NCBI RefSeq assembly: GCF_052425735.1
Contig: NC_135770.1
Coordinates: forward strand, 27,156,001 to 27,220,000
DNA length: 64,000 nucleotides
Direction of reading: 5' to 3'
DNA from: Oculina patagonica
Taxonomy: Eukaryota
Positions within the stretch are counted from its first letter, which is position 1. Each line of letters begins with the position of its first letter. Positions 61,199 to 64,000 of the stretch are shown one piece after another. A program made the translations under genes and the position numbers. Below the pieces are notes generated by a model. It did not search any database. It saw nothing but the letters and a program-made list of their open reading frames with translations, and was not told the origin of the DNA.

Positions 61199-63935
61199 AT
61201 GTTTATGAGATATGGACGTGTTGTGAACTCTTTGAACTTCAAGAACTTCTGTTCTCGTCATGTTTTTCCTCCGAAAGTATACGCCAAGTTTGTTACACGA
61301 AGTAGTATTCGTCATTTGAGACGTAGTCCAAAGATGGCGGACGGTTTAAGCGTGGTCGTGTGTGCAACAGTTTCAACTGGTTTAGAATCGGTTGCTGTGA
61401 AGGAGTGCAAAGAAAGGTTGGGCTGTAAGTCCGTAAGGGAAGGAAGGGGACGGATTTATTTTGATATTCCAGCAAATTCGTTCTCAGAAGTGAAGTCGCT
61501 GCGATCGATCGAGCACTTGTTTGTCGTGGTGAAGGAATTTCAAGAAGACAACAACGAGGAACTTAATTGTTACAGCCCAGATATTCTCGAAAAGCTTTAC
61601 AAGTTACCTCAAGATCTTGAATGGAACTGTGCTCTTTCTCTGTGGAAGGAATTTACAGGGTATTCCGGGATACTTTTAAAAGGTGGTAACCCAGGGGTGA
61701 ACAATGCACCAGACGACAAAACTCAAGCAATTGATGAGGATAACAGAAGTTCTTTACAAAATGATAACGATGACGAGTCTTTGGCTGACAGTGACAAAGA
61801 AGCCCCAGCTAAAAGGATGAGACACAGCAATGGAGATAAAGAGGCATCCAGCAAGGAGGATAGCACTGCAAAAGTAGTTTCTTCACACAGTGTTGATAAA
61901 GCTCTGTTAAGTGACAAAGCTGCAGAGAATGAAAGTCCTCCCACCTTACCACGATTTCGTGTCACATGTTCGCGTACTGGCAACAACCATAGCTTCTCAT
62001 CCCCTGAAGCTGCGGCCAAATTTGGAGGTGGAATAAATGACTGGTTTGGGTGGCGCGTGGATCTTAGCCACCCAGATATAGAAGTTCTTCTCAACATTGT
62101 CAATAACAGTGTTGTAATTGGTATTGCACTGACAAAGGAAACTAGAGGAAAACGGAACATCGCTCACTTTGGCCCAACAACCTTGAAGTCATCAATAGCT
62201 TACAGCATGCTCTCGCTGGCAAATATTCAGCCAGGTAGAGATAGATAATGATAATAAATCTGTTTCTCTTCTTCAACCAGTAAATTGATGAGCTCACAAT
62301 GGAGAAATTGAGTATGTTGTGGGATGTATGGGGAGAGGAAAGAAGTGCGATGTTGGCTATGGGGCATATATATATTACTTTCTTTGCTTCACTGACCGCA
62401 AGCCTGGAACAGGCCTTCTCTGCTTAAAATGCTTAGTGTTTTGGTGTTGTTACCATGTCAAAGCCATGAACACTTTGATTACCTAATTTTTATTTTGACT
62501 TGTCAATCGTGTACTGTAGCCACCAATCAGATGCAAGATGAAACCACAAGGGAAGAAAACAAACAGTTTCTCTCGATCTCTCACAAAACAATGCTTTGAT
62601 TGCTTTTTTTTGTAAAAACTGTTACTCTGTAGTTTTTTTATTAATAATCCAACCTTTTTTATTTGTGAAAACAAAGTGGAAATTTGAGCAAATATTGGGA
62701 TGGACTAACAAAATGTGTTATTTAACAATTAGACTATAACCGTATGTCCTTTTAAGCCAAAAATCAAGAAAAATTGACTCTTTGAAGAGCAACGAGCATG
62801 CAAATGTTTTCTATCGCAAATAGAAAAAAAGGGGGAGAACCAATCAGATTCGCGGATTTCCAATAGAACATGGTTAAGTTTCTACTAAAATTTGATATTG
62901 TTTTACAGGTGATATTGTGTGTGACCCCATGTGTGGCGGTGGTTCCATTCCAATTGAGGGTGCATTGAACTGGCCCACATCTGTGCACTTGTGTGGAGAT
63001 CATCATGATTTAGCTCCTCCCAGGACCTTAGCAAATGTACAGAATGTACAGTTGGATAGCAAGTAAGGATTTTAGATTTACTGGTTCTAACTTATTATCC
63101 TTTTAAAATATCAAATTGTTTTAATCCTAAGTAGCAATATTAATTTGTTACTTATCTTTATTAAATATAATTATATATAGTTATACATTATTTACAAATT
63201 CAAGTAGGCTAATAAGAAAACAGGGAAATCAATGTACATTTTAGATGGAGTTAAGTGGCACTTAGTGTTAATATGTTTTCTCTGATATGGAACCTGCACT
63301 GAGATTTTTGTCATACATTGTCTGTTGCCTGTTATCTTATGGGAACAAATTTAAAAATAAAAATGGGGGGTGATGGTGCCCCATACTTGTCAAGTAGCAA
63401 TAGCAGTTGTTTATATGCAATAATTTCTTAAAATTATATCATCATGATAATATCCACACTTGCTTGTTAAATTCTCATTCCAGACGATTTCTTATTCAAC
63501 ACTGGGAATTGCTCTAGTGGCTGAATTGCTTGGGGACGAAAAAATTTTTTCACCAAACAAATGTAAACAAATTTTGGATTAAAAGCTGCTGTGCCTTTTC
63601 TCAACAGGAAAACTCTCCCTCTTGATATTTATCAGTGGGATGTTTGTAAACTTCCTCTCAAGTCCGACAGTGTTGATGTTTTTATTTCCGACTTGCCATT
63701 TGGTAAGAAGAGTGGATCGAAACATGAAAACTGGAAGCTGTACCCTAAAGCACTTGAGGAAATGGCACGGGTGTGTCGAACAGGGAGCGGCAGAGCTGTG
63801 CTTCTTACTCAAGATAAGAGAGTGATGGGCCAGGTGCTTAACAGGTCAGGGCAATGGAAAAAGGATGTCACTTTGTGGATCAATATGGGAGGACTTAAAG
63901 CAGGAATATATGTTCTTACTAGGACTAAACAGTGA
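61199..63935 (+). CDS. THUMPD3: THUMP domain-containing protein 3 (tRNA m2G methyltransferase); 3 exons
   Basis: Exons 61199(or 61334)-62234, 62909-63062, 63608-63935. Motifs ATV.TGLE..A..EC.E, LRSIEHLFV, FRVTCSRTG..H.FSS.EAA..FGG, RNIAHFGPTTL, DPMCGGGSIPIEG and DLPFGKK. Confidence 0.92.
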
Positions 63936-64000
63936 TTATTCACTATTGAACTGTACCATCATTCCTAGACCCCTAGATTATCTTAAAGCAGCTCTGTTAT

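Overview
Eukaryotic, intron-rich, AT-rich animal genomic DNA; the repeat families, the intronless TPR-CHAT gene and the gene content suggest an anthozoan cnidarian, probably a stony coral (inference). Eight protein genes could be reconstructed by hand from splice sites. On the minus strand: exon 1 of a secreted gamma-glutamyltransferase-like gene (running off the left edge), a 6-exon secreted ependymin-related gene largely missed by the ORF track, an intronless TPR-CHAT caspase-like protease, COQ8/ADCK3-4 and cyclin K (with a U12 intron). On the plus strand: CCDC85, EEF1G and THUMPD3. Non-coding features include a box C/D snoRNA resembling SNORD75/U75 in an EEF1G intron and a minimal hammerhead ribozyme from a Penelope-like remnant in a CCNK intron. 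There are also many MITEs (TA, TWA, TTAA, 5-, 8- and 9-bp TSD types), tRNA-derived SINEs and two assembly gaps. The most novel-looking signal is the ependymin-related protein's C-terminal prohormone-like tail (RR...KRR-GFPWIVPKKKK-GRK-stop), which could release an amidated cationic peptide. Other highlights are the catalytically intact TPR-CHAT with variable repeat positions and the CCDC85/CCNK tail-to-tail pairing also seen in human.
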